Source of the DNA: Wickerhamiella versatilis
Taxonomy: Eukaryota
NCBI GenBank assembly: GCA_030867685.1
Contig: JAQOWU010000008.1
Span: 2,108,001 to 2,172,000, forward strand
Length of the DNA: 64,000 nucleotides
Reading direction: 5' to 3'
Part shown: piece after piece, positions 1 through 10,649 of the stretch
How the letters are laid out: each line of letters begins with the position of its first letter
How positions within the stretch are numbered: position 1 is the first letter of the stretch
Notes under the pieces: model-generated
Seen by the model: only the letters and a program-made list of their open reading frames with translations
Told to the model about the DNA's origin: nothing
Database searches by the model: none
Program-made: the position numbers and the translations under genes

Positions 1-100
1 GATGCCGCCGGTCATCATAAACCCTTCAAGGAAGGAGGTGGGAAATAATAATAAGTGGTGGTTAATTACATAATACTGGTAACTGGCCTCCTCCTTTGGC

Positions 101-967
101 ATGAGTTATGGTCATGAACAGCAGGTCTCTTACGGAGGAAGGAGTAGGGAAAGTGAGTACGAGATGGAAGACCAAGGGGGGCAGAAGTCTATGGTTGCAT
201 TTTTCGGGGAAGTCGAGGATATAAAACGAAACCTTGTGCAGTTTGATGATAACATTGAGCGCATTGAAGGTTTGCATCGACGTTCTTTGGCAGAAACAAA
301 CACTGATAATGAGGAAATGATTCAACGCCAGGTGGACATGTTGACCGCTGATAGTCGCTCCCTCTCGCAGAGTTTGAAAACCAGGATAAAAACTCTTGAA
401 GCGAGGTCGCAGAGAGATGCAACCAAGAGAACGCAGAGCAATAACTTGAAGCGCCAATTCATGACGCTTATCCAAAAATTCCAGGCCACAGAGGCTGCAT
501 TCCGTCAACGTTATCGCGACGTGGTGGAGCGCCAATACCGGATAGTCCAGCCTGAAGCTACCAACGCGGAGATACAGGAAGCTGTAAATGATCCCTCGGG
601 GCAACAGGTCTTTTCCCAGGCGTTAATGCAGAGTAACAGGCGTGGAGAGGCTCGTGCGGCTCTCACTGAAGTCCAGGTGCGTCACCGCGAGATCCAGAAA
701 ATCGAACAAACACTTCAGGAGCTGGCCCAGCTCTTTAGCGATATGGAGGTTCTGGTGGCCGAACAGGAGGAACAGGTTCAGGACGTCGATCAAAATGTCG
801 GAAATGCTCAGCACGATATCGAAATCGGGGTTGGCCATCAGGAGAAGGCCATCACGCTGGCACGAGCATGGCGCAAGAAGAAATGGATCTGCATAGGTAT
901 TGTACTCATTATCATAGTCGTTCTTGCGTTGGTACTCGGTCTCTACTTCGGACTGCATGACAACTGA
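101..967 (+). CDS. SSO2: Plasma membrane syntaxin t-SNARE (Sso1/Sso2)
   Basis: Habc region, SNARE motif 'ALTEVQVRHREIQKIEQTLQELAQLFSDMEVLVAEQ', C-terminal 'RKKKWICIGIVLIIIVVLALVLG' TM anchor; SSO1 vs SSO2 cannot be distinguished. Confidence 0.93.
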   Translation: MSYGHEQQVSYGGRSRESEYEMEDQGGQKSMVAFFGEVEDIKRNLVQFDDNIERIEGLHRRSLAETNTDNEEMIQRQVDMLTADSRSLSQSLKTRIKTLEARSQRDATKRTQSNNLKRQFMTLIQKFQATEAAFRQRYRDVVERQYRIVQPEATNAEIQEAVNDPSGQQVFSQALMQSNRRGEARAALTEVQVRHREIQKIEQTLQELAQLFSDMEVLVAEQEEQVQDVDQNVGNAQHDIEIGVGHQEKAITLARAWRKKKWICIGIVLIIIVVLALVLGLYFGLHDN

Positions 968-1251
968 TTTTCACTTGTACTTCATAGTCATTACCGAGAT
1001 TTTATTGTAGTAGTATGTCTCCAAGGGGACAAATCTAATAGGAACCTAAATGTTAAATATTAGCTGTTTACGGATCCATGTATCGCTTTCAGGGATCTAC
1101 AGCCTTGCAGATGCACCATATGTTAACTCCCAGGTATCGTAAGGAGAATACTATAAATTCAGGCTTAACTAAGTCTAACCCATTAAGCATGTGTTCCGCA
1201 TTCCCCAATCATCATCCTCGTGATGTTTAGTTATTCGGCATTGGGGGCATG

Positions 1252-1335
1252 GTAGGTCTAGAATGGGGGACCAACCATATGCCCTAGGGTACGGGAAGTC
1301 AGGTGTTTCTTCGTATCGCGTTGATTACTAACCAG
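1252..1335 (+). other. Candidate intron upstream of the ERG5 ATG (donor GTAGGT 1252 or GTACGG 1289; branch TACTAAC 1326-1332; acceptor CAG 1333-1335)
   Basis: Perfect yeast branch point directly followed by CAG, with two plausible GT donors upstream. Confidence 0.5.
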
Positions 1336-1369
1336 GTATTCGTTCGGAAAAGTTAAACCAAACGAACCG

Positions 1370-2911
1370 ATGCTCAACGAAACGAGTACCGTGCAAAGCA
1401 GCATCGCCGTAGGCACTTCCACCAGCAGCCTTGGTTGGTTTGAAATATCAGGATTGGTACTTCTACTTCTTGTCATTTATGATCAGATTTCCTATTTGAC
1501 GAAGAAGGGGTCCATCGCAGGACCGAAGTTAAAGATGTGGCCATTCATGGGGCCTTTTCTTGAAAGTGTGAACCCTAAGTTTGAAGAATACGAAGCTAAA
1601 TGGCGCTCTGGCCCCCTAAGCTGTGTTTCTGTCTTCCACAAATTTGTAGTTATCGCGTCCACTCGCGACTTGGCCCGCAAGATTTTAAATAGTCCTGCCT
1701 ACGTGAAGCCCTGTGTTGTTGATGTTGCTATCAAGCTGCTAAGGCCTTCCAACTGGGTTTTTAAGGATGGCAAGGAGCATCTTGAATATCGTCGTTCTCT
1801 GAATCCCATCTTCACCAGGAAAGCGATTGCCAAGTACCTGCCACACATGGAAACGCTGTATGATAAATACTTGAACATGTTCGTTGAAGCCAGCAAAGAT
1901 GGTCCTCGCCCTTATATGGCAGAATTCCGAGAGATTAATTGTGCCGTCAGTTTGCGTGTCTTTTGTGGAAACTATATTAGTGACGAACAAGTTAAAGGTA
2001 TCAGTGATGGATACTACCGTGTAACTGCAGCACTGGAGCTCGTAAATTTCCCCATTATCCTACCTTTCACAAAGCCCTGGTACGGAAAGAAAATTTGCGA
2101 CATGACAATGGGAATCATCGCTGATTGTGCTCAGAAGTCGAAGGAGCATATTTCTGCTGGTGGTGATGTGAACTGTGTCTTGGACGCTTGGGTAAAGCTT
2201 ATGCACGACTCAAAGACTGATAAGTCGATGGATGAGGATTTAAGGAGGTCGCTGGTGCGTGAATTCACCAACAAGGAAATCTCGGAGACCATCTTCACGT
2301 TCCTTTTCGCCTCTCAAGATGCCACTTCGTCGGCCACTACCTGGCTATTCCAGATCATTGGTGACAGGCCAGAAGTTATGCGCAAGATTAGGGAAGAACA
2401 ACTGGCTGTGAGAGATGGCGACCCCTACAAGCCCCTGACCGTTGAATTGGTGGACAAAATGGAGTACACGCACATGGTGGTGAAGGAAGGTCTTCGCTAT
2501 CGCCCCCCTGTGTCCATGGTGCCGTACGTGGTGAAAAAGGACTTCCCCATTACCTCTACATACACCGCGCCCAAGGGAGCCATGGTAATTCCAACTCTTC
2601 ATCCAAGCATGCACGATCCCAATGTATATGAGAACCCTGAGGAATTCATTCCAGAAAGATGGCTTCCAGGTTCTACCGCAAGTAAAGCACACAACAATTG
2701 GTTGGTATTTGGGTCCGGTCCTCATATTTGTCTCGGCCAGAAGTATGTAATGCTACATTTGACAGCCTTTTTTGGAAAGGCTTGCCTATTTTATGACTGG
2801 GATCACATTAGGACACCAAAGTCTGAGGTGATTCGTGTTTTTGCTACGATTTTCCCTGACGATGATTGTATCTTAAAATTCCGTGAGCGATCCCCTGTCG
2901 CTGCTGTATAA
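1370..2911 (+). CDS. ERG5: C-22 sterol desaturase, cytochrome P450 CYP61
   Basis: 'GPLSCVSVFHKFVVIASTRDLARKIL', I-helix 'FTFLFASQDATSS', ExxR 'KEGLRYRPP', PERW, heme motif 'FGSGPHICLG'. Confidence 0.96.
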   Translation: MLNETSTVQSSIAVGTSTSSLGWFEISGLVLLLLVIYDQISYLTKKGSIAGPKLKMWPFMGPFLESVNPKFEEYEAKWRSGPLSCVSVFHKFVVIASTRDLARKILNSPAYVKPCVVDVAIKLLRPSNWVFKDGKEHLEYRRSLNPIFTRKAIAKYLPHMETLYDKYLNMFVEASKDGPRPYMAEFREINCAVSLRVFCGNYISDEQVKGISDGYYRVTAALELVNFPIILPFTKPWYGKKICDMTMGIIADCAQKSKEHISAGGDVNCVLDAWVKLMHDSKTDKSMDEDLRRSLVREFTNKEISETIFTFLFASQDATSSATTWLFQIIGDRPEVMRKIREEQLAVRDGDPYKPLTVELVDKMEYTHMVVKEGLRYRPPVSMVPYVVKKDFPITSTYTAPKGAMVIPTLHPSMHDPNVYENPEEFIPERWLPGSTASKAHNNWLVFGSGPHICLGQKYVMLHLTAFFGKACLFYDWDHIRTPKSEVIRVFATIFPDDDCILKFRERSPVAAV

Positions 2912-3204
2912 AATCGAAGCTATTATTTCTGAATAATCCCCTATGTACTTGTTAACTTCAATAATAATCTGTAATTTTATGCTGAGATTTTTGAATCTTG
3001 GATGACATATGCCTATTAAATAGTATTCCTAATTTCTGATGGTTTCCAGTAATGTATTGTTCGGTTTTATTCATAGAGACATTGTACATATATATGCACC
3101 CGGTATTTTCACATATCTCAATGAGCTTTTGGATTTTATAGGTTAAATGAATATGGATCTTCTGAAAAATACATGGTTCCAGAGGAAATTGACTTTGCTG
3201 AGTA

Positions 3205-6200
3205 ATGAGAAATTTGGTGCCGCTGTTGAAAACTGTGGTTTCTACGGATGAGCATTTACCTTTGCCTTTAGAAACCGTGGTTCTAACGACAGACTGTATT
3301 ATTTGCTTCTTCAAAGATATTGACACAGTAGCGGTTGAGAAATGGTCACCTGCAGGATGGGAAGATTTGGCTACATATCCTGAAGATTCAGCACTGGCAA
3401 CAGTCCTTGCTGATGAACTGGGAATGATCGCTGTACATTACAGTGGTAACATCATTGAAATTATAGATACAGCAGTATCCATTGTTGGTACTGTGGATGG
3501 CGGTATTTTAGCAGCGGAATGGTCACCGGATCACGAAATACTATGCGTGGTAACAAAGGAAAAAATTCTTTTGTTGAGCCGTACTTTTGAACTAATTAAT
3601 GAATTCACACTCGCAGACTCTGATGTTGGGATTTCCCATAACGTCTCTGTAGGATGGGGAAAATCAGAGACCCAATTTCAGGGTAGAGGTGCTAGAAGTA
3701 CCATGCGCCAGGATCCAACTGCTCAACGTTCTGTGGAGACTGGTATCCTTTGCCAAGACGATAATGGAAAGATAAATATATCATGGCGTGCTGATGGTGA
3801 CTATGTTGCAGTTTCTGCAATTGCAAGTGATAGACGAGTGATACGCATATTAAGCCGTGCAGGAGAGCTGTCTTCTGTTACAGAGCCTCAGGATTTTCAA
3901 ATGGGACCTGTCGCGTGGCGGCCTTCCGGTGCTGTGGTGGCATCAGTTGTGAAACCTCCTCAAGGTCCTCAGAGGATACAGTTTTTCGAGCGCAACGGCC
4001 TCAAACGCCATAACTTCCATTTAGAGTCTGATGAAAATGTTTCGGAGCTAGAATGGAATGCAGATGGTGAAATTTTGGGTATCCGTTATTCATCTGGTCT
4101 TGTGGAGCTTTGGACCACAAAGAATTACCACTGGTATCGCAAGCAGGTATTTCACGAAAGTTGTAACAGCCTAGTTTTCCATCCTGAAAATCCACGGGTT
4201 CTTGCGACCGTCTTTGATAATAACTTCGATATCCACACATTTAGCTGGGGAGTATCTTCAAATGCCGAGGGTACTGTTGCAGTTATTGATGGTGCTTCCC
4301 TTAAGGTGACTCCGTTCGCAAAAGCCCAAATCCCGCCTCCGTTCTCTCTTTCGACAGTTAAGCTACCCCAGCAAGCTAGTGAGGTAGCGGTTAGCTCCAG
4401 TGGCGAACTGCGGGCAATCCTTGCAGACGGCAGTGTCTGGCCGCATGGTCCAAAAACTGCGCGCCATATCTCTTTCGATGGCGAAGACCTCCATTCCACA
4501 CTTGAACCCGATATTGTGTTGATGAAGGGGCGCTACTGCCTTAAAACAAATGGCAGTGTTCATGATATTGTCACGGGGGATCCAATTGCTCATCTTGGGT
4601 GCTCATGTCTTGACTTCGCCATGATAGAAGACCAAGTCTTCGGTATTTCTTCAAATGCCCAACTTATAGGGCCCAATGGCGAGGTGCTAGCACGGCTGGC
4701 AACTTCTATTGCAGTGGCAGGCGAGATTTTATTGTTTACAACTTCCACGAAGCTCAAGTTCGTGCGACCCTCAAATCTTCAAATTCCTGCTGATGACGAA
4801 ATAAGCGAAGCCTGCCGTGAGATTGAACGTGGCTCTCTTTTGGTCACGATTGTACCATCGCGCAATGCTGTTGTTTTACAGGCGCCCCGAGGCAACTTAG
4901 AAACAATTTACCCCCGGATGCTGGTAGTTGGGCAGATAAGGAAACTTCTTTCCGAGAAAGAGTGGGCGAAGGCTTTCGACTTATGCAGAACTCACCGTGT
5001 CGATATGAATATTTTACATGACTATGACCCAGTGTCGTTCATAGATTCCTTGGATGACGTCGTAGCACAGCTCGGTACAGAGGACAGGATAGATCTATTC
5101 CTAGGCTCTCTCAAGGATGAAGATGTGACACAGGGAAATTACAGAGATACGTCTCTGCAAGGGGCAAGCACTACGTGGTCACCGGCTGGAAAAACAAATC
5201 GCCTTTGCGATGTGCTGATTCCAAAGATTCCAAAACGGTCTGTACTCACTGCCTTGGCATTAAAGAATCCCCCTGAACTCTCTCGTGCCTTAGAGCTATG
5301 CGGTGATGATGATCATGCTATCAGCCACTTAGTCTTTTTAACAGATGCTAATATGCTTTACGATACAGCACTTGGCACTTACAACCTTGAGCTTGCCCTT
5401 GCTGTCGCCCAGCATGCTCAACGCGATCCAAAAGAATATCTTCCTTTCCTACGGGCGCGTGATTCTGAAACCGGACCGAAGCGGCTCTTTGAGATCGATG
5501 ATTACTTACGGCGGTATGAGCAGGCATTGAATAGTTTGGTCAAATATGAATCTGATTCGGCTATTATCAGATACGTTGAAATCCACGACCTTTACGCCGT
5601 CGCTCTGAAGCTACCTTTGAGCGAAGGGATAGAGAGGGAAATCCGATATTTGCAGGCTGAGAAGTGGCTCTCTCATGGCGATTATGGGTTGGCAGGCCTT
5701 ACTTATGAGATTTTGGGTGCGACGGCACAGGCTGTTCAGGCTTATAGACTTTCTGGCCAGTGGAAGCGAGCGCTGGCGCTCGATCCGTCAGCTGCCGAGG
5801 AAATTGCCGAGCAATGTAGCGACTCTAAGAATTTTGGAGCTGCGGGAGAAATATATGTACGCCTAGGGCAATTTGAGGTGGCGGTAACTATGTTTTGTCG
5901 TGCTTCGCGTTTTGATGATGCGATACTTATAGCAAGTGGTGGTGGCTTTGAGGAATCATTAGAGACCGGACTCCGCGAATCATTCGCTAGTCTTCAGGAG
6001 CTTCTTTCCGACTGTACTAGCCAGGTGAATTCCCAAGTGCGTCGTCTTCATGTGGTGCGTGAGAAACGGGCTGAGGATCAACTTGGCCATGATGTAACTG
6101 CGATGGATTTGGCAGATGATGTATCTCTAGCCCCCACCGAAACAACCAACACTAATGCATCCTTTTTCACGCGCTATACAGATAAAACCGGAGGGACTGC

Positions 6201-6576
6201 GCAAACTGGTGTTTCCAGACGTACAACTAAGAACCGGCGTCGGGCGGAGCGTAAAAAGGCGCGTGGTAAAAAGGGTACGATTTATGAGGAGGATTATCTT
6301 TTGGGTTCTATAACGAGACTCATAAATCGCGTTTCCGAGACACGTCCAGAGCTCCAGGGACTCGTTGACGCACTGTGTCGTCGCAACATGCGTATATACG
6401 TGACCCAGTTGGTTCAAAGTTTTGATGCATTAATAGAAGCACTGAGACAGAATCTTGATGATATTTTTGATGTGAAGGATGAGGATTTACAAAGGTTTGA
6501 TGAAAATGGTGATCCTTATATGATGGAGAGGCCCGTGAAGCCAGTAGTGCCTCAAAACCTGACGAGCATATTATAA
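3205..6576 (+). CDS. IKI3: Elongator complex subunit 1
   Basis: 'NVSVGWGKSETQFQGRG', 'ISWRADGDYVAVS', 'FFERNGLKRH', 'LQAPRGNLETIYPR', 'QRDPKEYLPFL', C-terminal basic 'RRRAERKKARGKKGTIYEEDYL'. Confidence 0.95.
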   Translation: MRNLVPLLKTVVSTDEHLPLPLETVVLTTDCIICFFKDIDTVAVEKWSPAGWEDLATYPEDSALATVLADELGMIAVHYSGNIIEIIDTAVSIVGTVDGGILAAEWSPDHEILCVVTKEKILLLSRTFELINEFTLADSDVGISHNVSVGWGKSETQFQGRGARSTMRQDPTAQRSVETGILCQDDNGKINISWRADGDYVAVSAIASDRRVIRILSRAGELSSVTEPQDFQMGPVAWRPSGAVVASVVKPPQGPQRIQFFERNGLKRHNFHLESDENVSELEWNADGEILGIRYSSGLVELWTTKNYHWYRKQVFHESCNSLVFHPENPRVLATVFDNNFDIHTFSWGVSSNAEGTVAVIDGASLKVTPFAKAQIPPPFSLSTVKLPQQASEVAVSSSGELRAILADGSVWPHGPKTARHISFDGEDLHSTLEPDIVLMKGRYCLKTNGSVHDIVTGDPIAHLGCSCLDFAMIEDQVFGISSNAQLIGPNGEVLARLATSIAVAGEILLFTTSTKLKFVRPSNLQIPADDEISEACREIERGSLLVTIVPSRNAVVLQAPRGNLETIYPRMLVVGQIRKLLSEKEWAKAFDLCRTHRVDMNILHDYDPVSFIDSLDDVVAQLGTEDRIDLFLGSLKDEDVTQGNYRDTSLQGASTTWSPAGKTNRLCDVLIPKIPKRSVLTALALKNPPELSRALELCGDDDHAISHLVFLTDANMLYDTALGTYNLELALAVAQHAQRDPKEYLPFLRARDSETGPKRLFEIDDYLRRYEQALNSLVKYESDSAIIRYVEIHDLYAVALKLPLSEGIEREIRYLQAEKWLSHGDYGLAGLTYEILGATAQAVQAYRLSGQWKRALALDPSAAEEIAEQCSDSKNFGAAGEIYVRLGQFEVAVTMFCRASRFDDAILIASGGGFEESLETGLRESFASLQELLSDCTSQVNSQVRRLHVVREKRAEDQLGHDVTAMDLADDVSLAPTETTNTNASFFTRYTDKTGGTAQTGVSRRTTKNRRRAERKKARGKKGTIYEEDYLLGSITRLINRVSETRPELQGLVDALCRRNMRIYVTQLVQSFDALIEALRQNLDDIFDVKDEDLQRFDENGDPYMMERPVKPVVPQNLTSIL

Positions 6577-6645
6577 TTAGATACGCAGGTAATTGAGCAC
6601 CTTGAGCTTATTAGATATAACAATGCTGAGTCTATAATATATAAG

Positions 6646-7548
6646 TCATGAAGATATACGTAGATTAGGTTGAGAACCACCCCGGATAACTCGTCCAGAC
6701 CGGTCCTGAGGTAGAGACGTGTCATAGGATAACTTTGTTTGAAAGTCGTACTTTGCAGTGGCGGGAACTTCTCCTGGTGAATTTGCTTTCTGATATACCT
6801 CGGCATCACTTGCTGCCACAAATAAAGAGGTATCTTCCCCATCATTCTCGTTATTTCCTGCAACAGGGGTTCCTTCGGCAATTGGAAGGTGCGCCTCAGA
6901 AAGATCATCAAGCAAGTCAAAATCATCAGAATTTGGAGGAGCTAGCATTTCCTCATTCTCCTCTTTTGGAATAATCTCAAGTTCATGATTATTGATGTTC
7001 GCAGCATACCGTGATTTATTCAAGTCATCCTCATTGGTTGCTTGAGGCGCTAATTCAGGAAAAGCCCATTTCGGGCGTCGCAGCTGATCCTCCCTAAACT
7101 CACGTTTCAGTGAGTTCATCGATTTTACTGCTTTACAATATTCTTTATCATAAAGGCAATTACCAAGAGCCCGACCAAAATGGCGCAAACAACGCTTAAA
7201 TGCATCCGTAGCTGCCTCCTTGACCACCTTGTCATATGCTACTGGAAAAGAAGGCATATTTTGACATGAACCGGATCCTATATCCTCATGAAAAGCGCCC
7301 ACTGATAACTGAACTCTTGCTATACAGTGTGCAGACATTGAGACCCTACCTTCTTTCGTGACGTGAACAAAATCCTTTTCCAAACTTTTGATTTGGCAGG
7401 AAAAAGCGTCGTACCCAAAAATTTCATTGGCTAAATCGATAAGCCTGTGGTTTTCAATATATGGATATCCCCCACCAGGTTTGAACGAGATATACTCTGG
7501 ACCTAAGTTCTGAGTGAGCTCATTGGCTATCTCATTTCGGTCGCGCAT
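6646..7548 (-). CDS. RAD52: Recombination mediator Rad52 (short form)
   Basis: 'LGPEYISFKPGGG', 'LANEIFGY', 'FHEDIGSG', 'KEAATDAFKRCLRHFGRALGNCLYDKEY'; C-terminal acidic 'DDFDLLDD' and 'FVAA' motifs. Confidence 0.93.
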   Translation of the reverse strand: MRDRNEIANELTQNLGPEYISFKPGGGYPYIENHRLIDLANEIFGYDAFSCQIKSLEKDFVHVTKEGRVSMSAHCIARVQLSVGAFHEDIGSGSCQNMPSFPVAYDKVVKEAATDAFKRCLRHFGRALGNCLYDKEYCKAVKSMNSLKREFREDQLRRPKWAFPELAPQATNEDDLNKSRYAANINNHELEIIPKEENEEMLAPPNSDDFDLLDDLSEAHLPIAEGTPVAGNNENDGEDTSLFVAASDAEVYQKANSPGEVPATAKYDFQTKLSYDTSLPQDRSGRVIRGGSQPNLRISS

Positions 7549-7567
7549 TTGAGTATTTTCGCCTTAT

Positions 7568-7573
7568 ACGCGT
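7568..7573. promoter_or_regulatory. MCB element ACGCGT about 20 bp upstream of RAD52
   Basis: Exact ACGCGT. Confidence 0.6.
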
Positions 7574-7690
7574 GCGCTGGGGACGTGGAACTGCCTAGAT
7601 GACAAATACCATTTATCAAGTGGCAACATAAACAAAATAAATGTCCTAAGGATATAAAAACAAATTTCATAACAAGATGGTATGTAAGAT

Positions 7691-9325
7691 TTAGCTCTCC
7701 CATACGTAGCGTAACATGAATTCTAAATCGATGCTAAGTTGGTGAAGCTGTGAACTTTCACGGCGGCTCACATCGACGCATTGGCGGTAGCTTCTGGTAT
7801 TAGATGGAATCCGATAAAGCTGGCGATCAAAGACACTAGCGTACTTATCCACTTCTTGTTTTGCCCATGATACTATAATACTCGATTCCTCACTATTAGA
7901 GAATGCCGCTCGAAAGATTTCGATAGTTGCCTTAACAAGCTGAAAATATATAACTGCCATCTGGGATATATACCCCACAACGTCGTCCATAAAATGTACC
8001 GCACGGGTCCGTTCCGCGATAGAATCCGAGGAAACCTGCAAGAATGTCGAACGTGCTTGGGAAGCATAACCAAGCGTTGAGAGCATTTTTATTGTTTGTA
8101 CAATCTCTGGTCGTGACTTGCGATCAATTGGATCCAGTTGTTTTAGCAAAATATCTCGAAGTTGAACACGACGCTGTTCAACTGATGCATTAACAAGTTC
8201 AGATCCTTCGTGTTGTAGTATAAGTTCTGCGGCCTCTCCATACCGCCTATATGCAATTGCCCGATCTATTTCGGCCATTACCCGTGCAGCATCACGCTGA
8301 TTCTCCATAGGAATCTCGCTATTATAACTAAAAGCACTTCCTGTAGAAATTTGACGTTGGTGACCACGAACTGAATTTCGTTGAGCTCTGGGTGATATCG
8401 TTTCAGCAACTTTCGCATATGCGGCCAAAAAGTTTCGAACCTCTTTCGCTGTACTTTGATAAACATATTGGGTAGATTTGTACAACACTTGAATAGCTTC
8501 ACCATTCTTGATCGCTTTTATTTTGATTACATTCAAATCCCAGCATTGATCAAGTACCGGCCGCCTTGCCAACGTAGCAGATAATAAATGGTCATTTAGC
8601 AAATATAATTCAACTTGTTTAGACAACTGCCACGTAACAGGATTCAACTCATACCAGCCAGTGCTTTCGAGTACAACATGGCGGCCCGGCACGGCAGGCA
8701 AGTATTTCTGCGCTCCTTCGACTTTGCGAAAGAGAGCCAGTAGGTCTTGTTGCCATGCATTATTCAATACCAACATAGATTGCCGTTTCTCGGCGCTTCT
8801 ATCTGGAAGAGAGCGATGGCGAGACATGCGGCGATGTTGTTGTGTCTCTGCATCCTGACGCATGGCTTCGAAAACGACGTTGAGTTCATCAATTCTTTTC
8901 CGCAGCTCTGCTATATGTGGGCCAAGATCAGAAAATGTTCGGGCTATAGATCTGACGGAGTCATAATTCTGCTGAGCTTTACGATGCTCCTTGTCTTCCA
9001 TTGCTTGAAGTCGGTTACGAATGTCCTCCTCAAACTTGGCAAACTCAGCGGGCCCCGCATTATTTAAGTATGCAGAGACATAGGAATAAGCATCAAATTC
9101 TGGGGAAATCAATGCCTTATCCAGTGTATCTTTTGGCGGACTCTCATCATTTTCGTCGACAGGAGACTCGGGGATCTCGTTGAGCTTTCCGCTGACTTGG
9201 CGACTATAATGGTGGGCATGCATACCCGAAGCTCGACGACGAGCCATCACCTGAGGTGGAGGAAGAGCACCACGGCTCCCCAGAATTGTCTGCCGCTTCC
9301 TTAAGGACTGGCTGCCTTCGTCCAT
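7691..9325 (-). CDS. EXO84: Exocyst subunit Exo84
   Basis: 'KVEGAQKYLPAVPGRHVVLESTGWYELNPVTWQ', PH domain 'LYLLNDHLL', C-terminal 'WAKQEVDKYASVFDRQL'. Confidence 0.92.
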   Translation of the reverse strand: MDEGSQSLRKRQTILGSRGALPPPQVMARRRASGMHAHHYSRQVSGKLNEIPESPVDENDESPPKDTLDKALISPEFDAYSYVSAYLNNAGPAEFAKFEEDIRNRLQAMEDKEHRKAQQNYDSVRSIARTFSDLGPHIAELRKRIDELNVVFEAMRQDAETQQHRRMSRHRSLPDRSAEKRQSMLVLNNAWQQDLLALFRKVEGAQKYLPAVPGRHVVLESTGWYELNPVTWQLSKQVELYLLNDHLLSATLARRPVLDQCWDLNVIKIKAIKNGEAIQVLYKSTQYVYQSTAKEVRNFLAAYAKVAETISPRAQRNSVRGHQRQISTGSAFSYNSEIPMENQRDAARVMAEIDRAIAYRRYGEAAELILQHEGSELVNASVEQRRVQLRDILLKQLDPIDRKSRPEIVQTIKMLSTLGYASQARSTFLQVSSDSIAERTRAVHFMDDVVGYISQMAVIYFQLVKATIEIFRAAFSNSEESSIIVSWAKQEVDKYASVFDRQLYRIPSNTRSYRQCVDVSRRESSQLHQLSIDLEFMLRYVWES

Positions 9326-9337
9326 GAATGCTTACGT

Positions 9338-10615
9338 ATGGCGGCTACGAAACTTTCGTCGCAGGAGGTGAACTATCTTGTGTGGAGATACTTGGAGAAA
9401 GAGGGACTAGCGTTATCTAGTGCTGCACTTGATGAGGAGGTACATGCAAGTCATATTAAGAGTGAGAAGTTAGGTCAAAATGATCTTGTCTCCCTACTTT
9501 TGAAAGGACTCCAACTTCAAAACCTTGAGTCATCTAGCCTTTCCAGCTCGGAAGGCTTTGAATCGGAGAGACGATTTCGAGCAGGTAAAAGCGAAAATGC
9601 CGATGATATCGTACCCGCAGCAACAATTAGCGACAGAACAACCACCGTTACCCATCTGCCTACAGGAAATACTGCTATAGGATGTTGGACCGGCAAGGTA
9701 TTGATAGTTGAAGGCATAAGTGACTCGCCAAAGCAAGTTTTAGAACCGAGTGCCTCTGATGGACAGGTGACAGTAATGTCACCAGGCCCAGCATTAGCCG
9801 TTGGATACTACGCGGGATCGGTTAAGATCTGGGATTCACTAGGCCAGCTTGTCAAGTTTTTGGATCTACACAGGGCACCCATTATCTCTCTCTCCTGGTC
9901 TCCGGACAACCAACTACTTGCATCTGCTGATTGCAATAATACCATTGCGATCTGGCATCCGGCAACTGGTGAATTGAAAAGACGTACAACTGTGGCACCG
10001 GAATCTTTAACCCATGTTGAATGGATTGATCTAAGAACATATGCGATTGTTCAGTCAACCGCCTTGGCTGTATTCAAACTAGACAATGATGCTCCCATTG
10101 TACAGTTTCTTGGGCATTCCAAGCCAATATCATGCTTAAGTTTTGACAAGTCCTCACAGCTTCTTGCCAGTGGGGGCGACGATAATCTTGTACAAATTTG
10201 GCATCCGAGATCACAAACACCTCTTCGGACGTTGAGCATTCATGACGGGCCTGTTACAGTACTTAGATGGCTCCCAGGATCTGCAGTGGAATCACTGGAT
10301 GCTACAAAAATAAGTTCTCATCTCTTGAGTGCAGGCGTCGATGGTAAAATAGCCCTCTGGGATTTGAACAATCCTGAACAGCCAGTGTGGGTCATTGACC
10401 GGCTAAGTGCTGTGATGCTTCTGGAAGTTTCACCGAAAAACGACTTTATTGCTGCAGGCACAGCTAGTGAGCTGATGATATTTTCTATGGGCAGTGGTCA
10501 GAGGCCACAATGCTTGGGAAGCCACGTCAACCATGGACTTCAAGATATGAGTTGGTCAGATAATTTAGCCGCTGCCTCGCTTGAAGGCGCTGCAATATTC
10601 TCCAAGATAATATAG
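9338..10615 (+). CDS. SIF2: LisH + WD40 protein, Set3C subunit Sif2/TBL1 family
   Basis: N-terminal LisH 'LSSQEVNYLVWRYLEKEGLALSSAAL' and 'LVSLLLKGLQ', followed by WD40 repeats. Confidence 0.85.
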   Translation: MAATKLSSQEVNYLVWRYLEKEGLALSSAALDEEVHASHIKSEKLGQNDLVSLLLKGLQLQNLESSSLSSSEGFESERRFRAGKSENADDIVPAATISDRTTTVTHLPTGNTAIGCWTGKVLIVEGISDSPKQVLEPSASDGQVTVMSPGPALAVGYYAGSVKIWDSLGQLVKFLDLHRAPIISLSWSPDNQLLASADCNNTIAIWHPATGELKRRTTVAPESLTHVEWIDLRTYAIVQSTALAVFKLDNDAPIVQFLGHSKPISCLSFDKSSQLLASGGDDNLVQIWHPRSQTPLRTLSIHDGPVTVLRWLPGSAVESLDATKISSHLLSAGVDGKIALWDLNNPEQPVWVIDRLSAVMLLEVSPKNDFIAAGTASELMIFSMGSGQRPQCLGSHVNHGLQDMSWSDNLAAASLEGAAIFSKII

Positions 10616-10649
10616 ATGACTTATAACTTAAATTAATCCTATTTATCCC

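Noticed and set aside
62-604. 180-aa antisense ORF over SSO and similar shadow ORFs across the window
   Set aside because: Fully overlap well-supported genes and show no recognisable motifs
2958-3326. 122-aa minus-strand ORF between ERG5 and ELP1
   Set aside because: GTG start, AT-rich, overlaps the ELP1 start; no motifs
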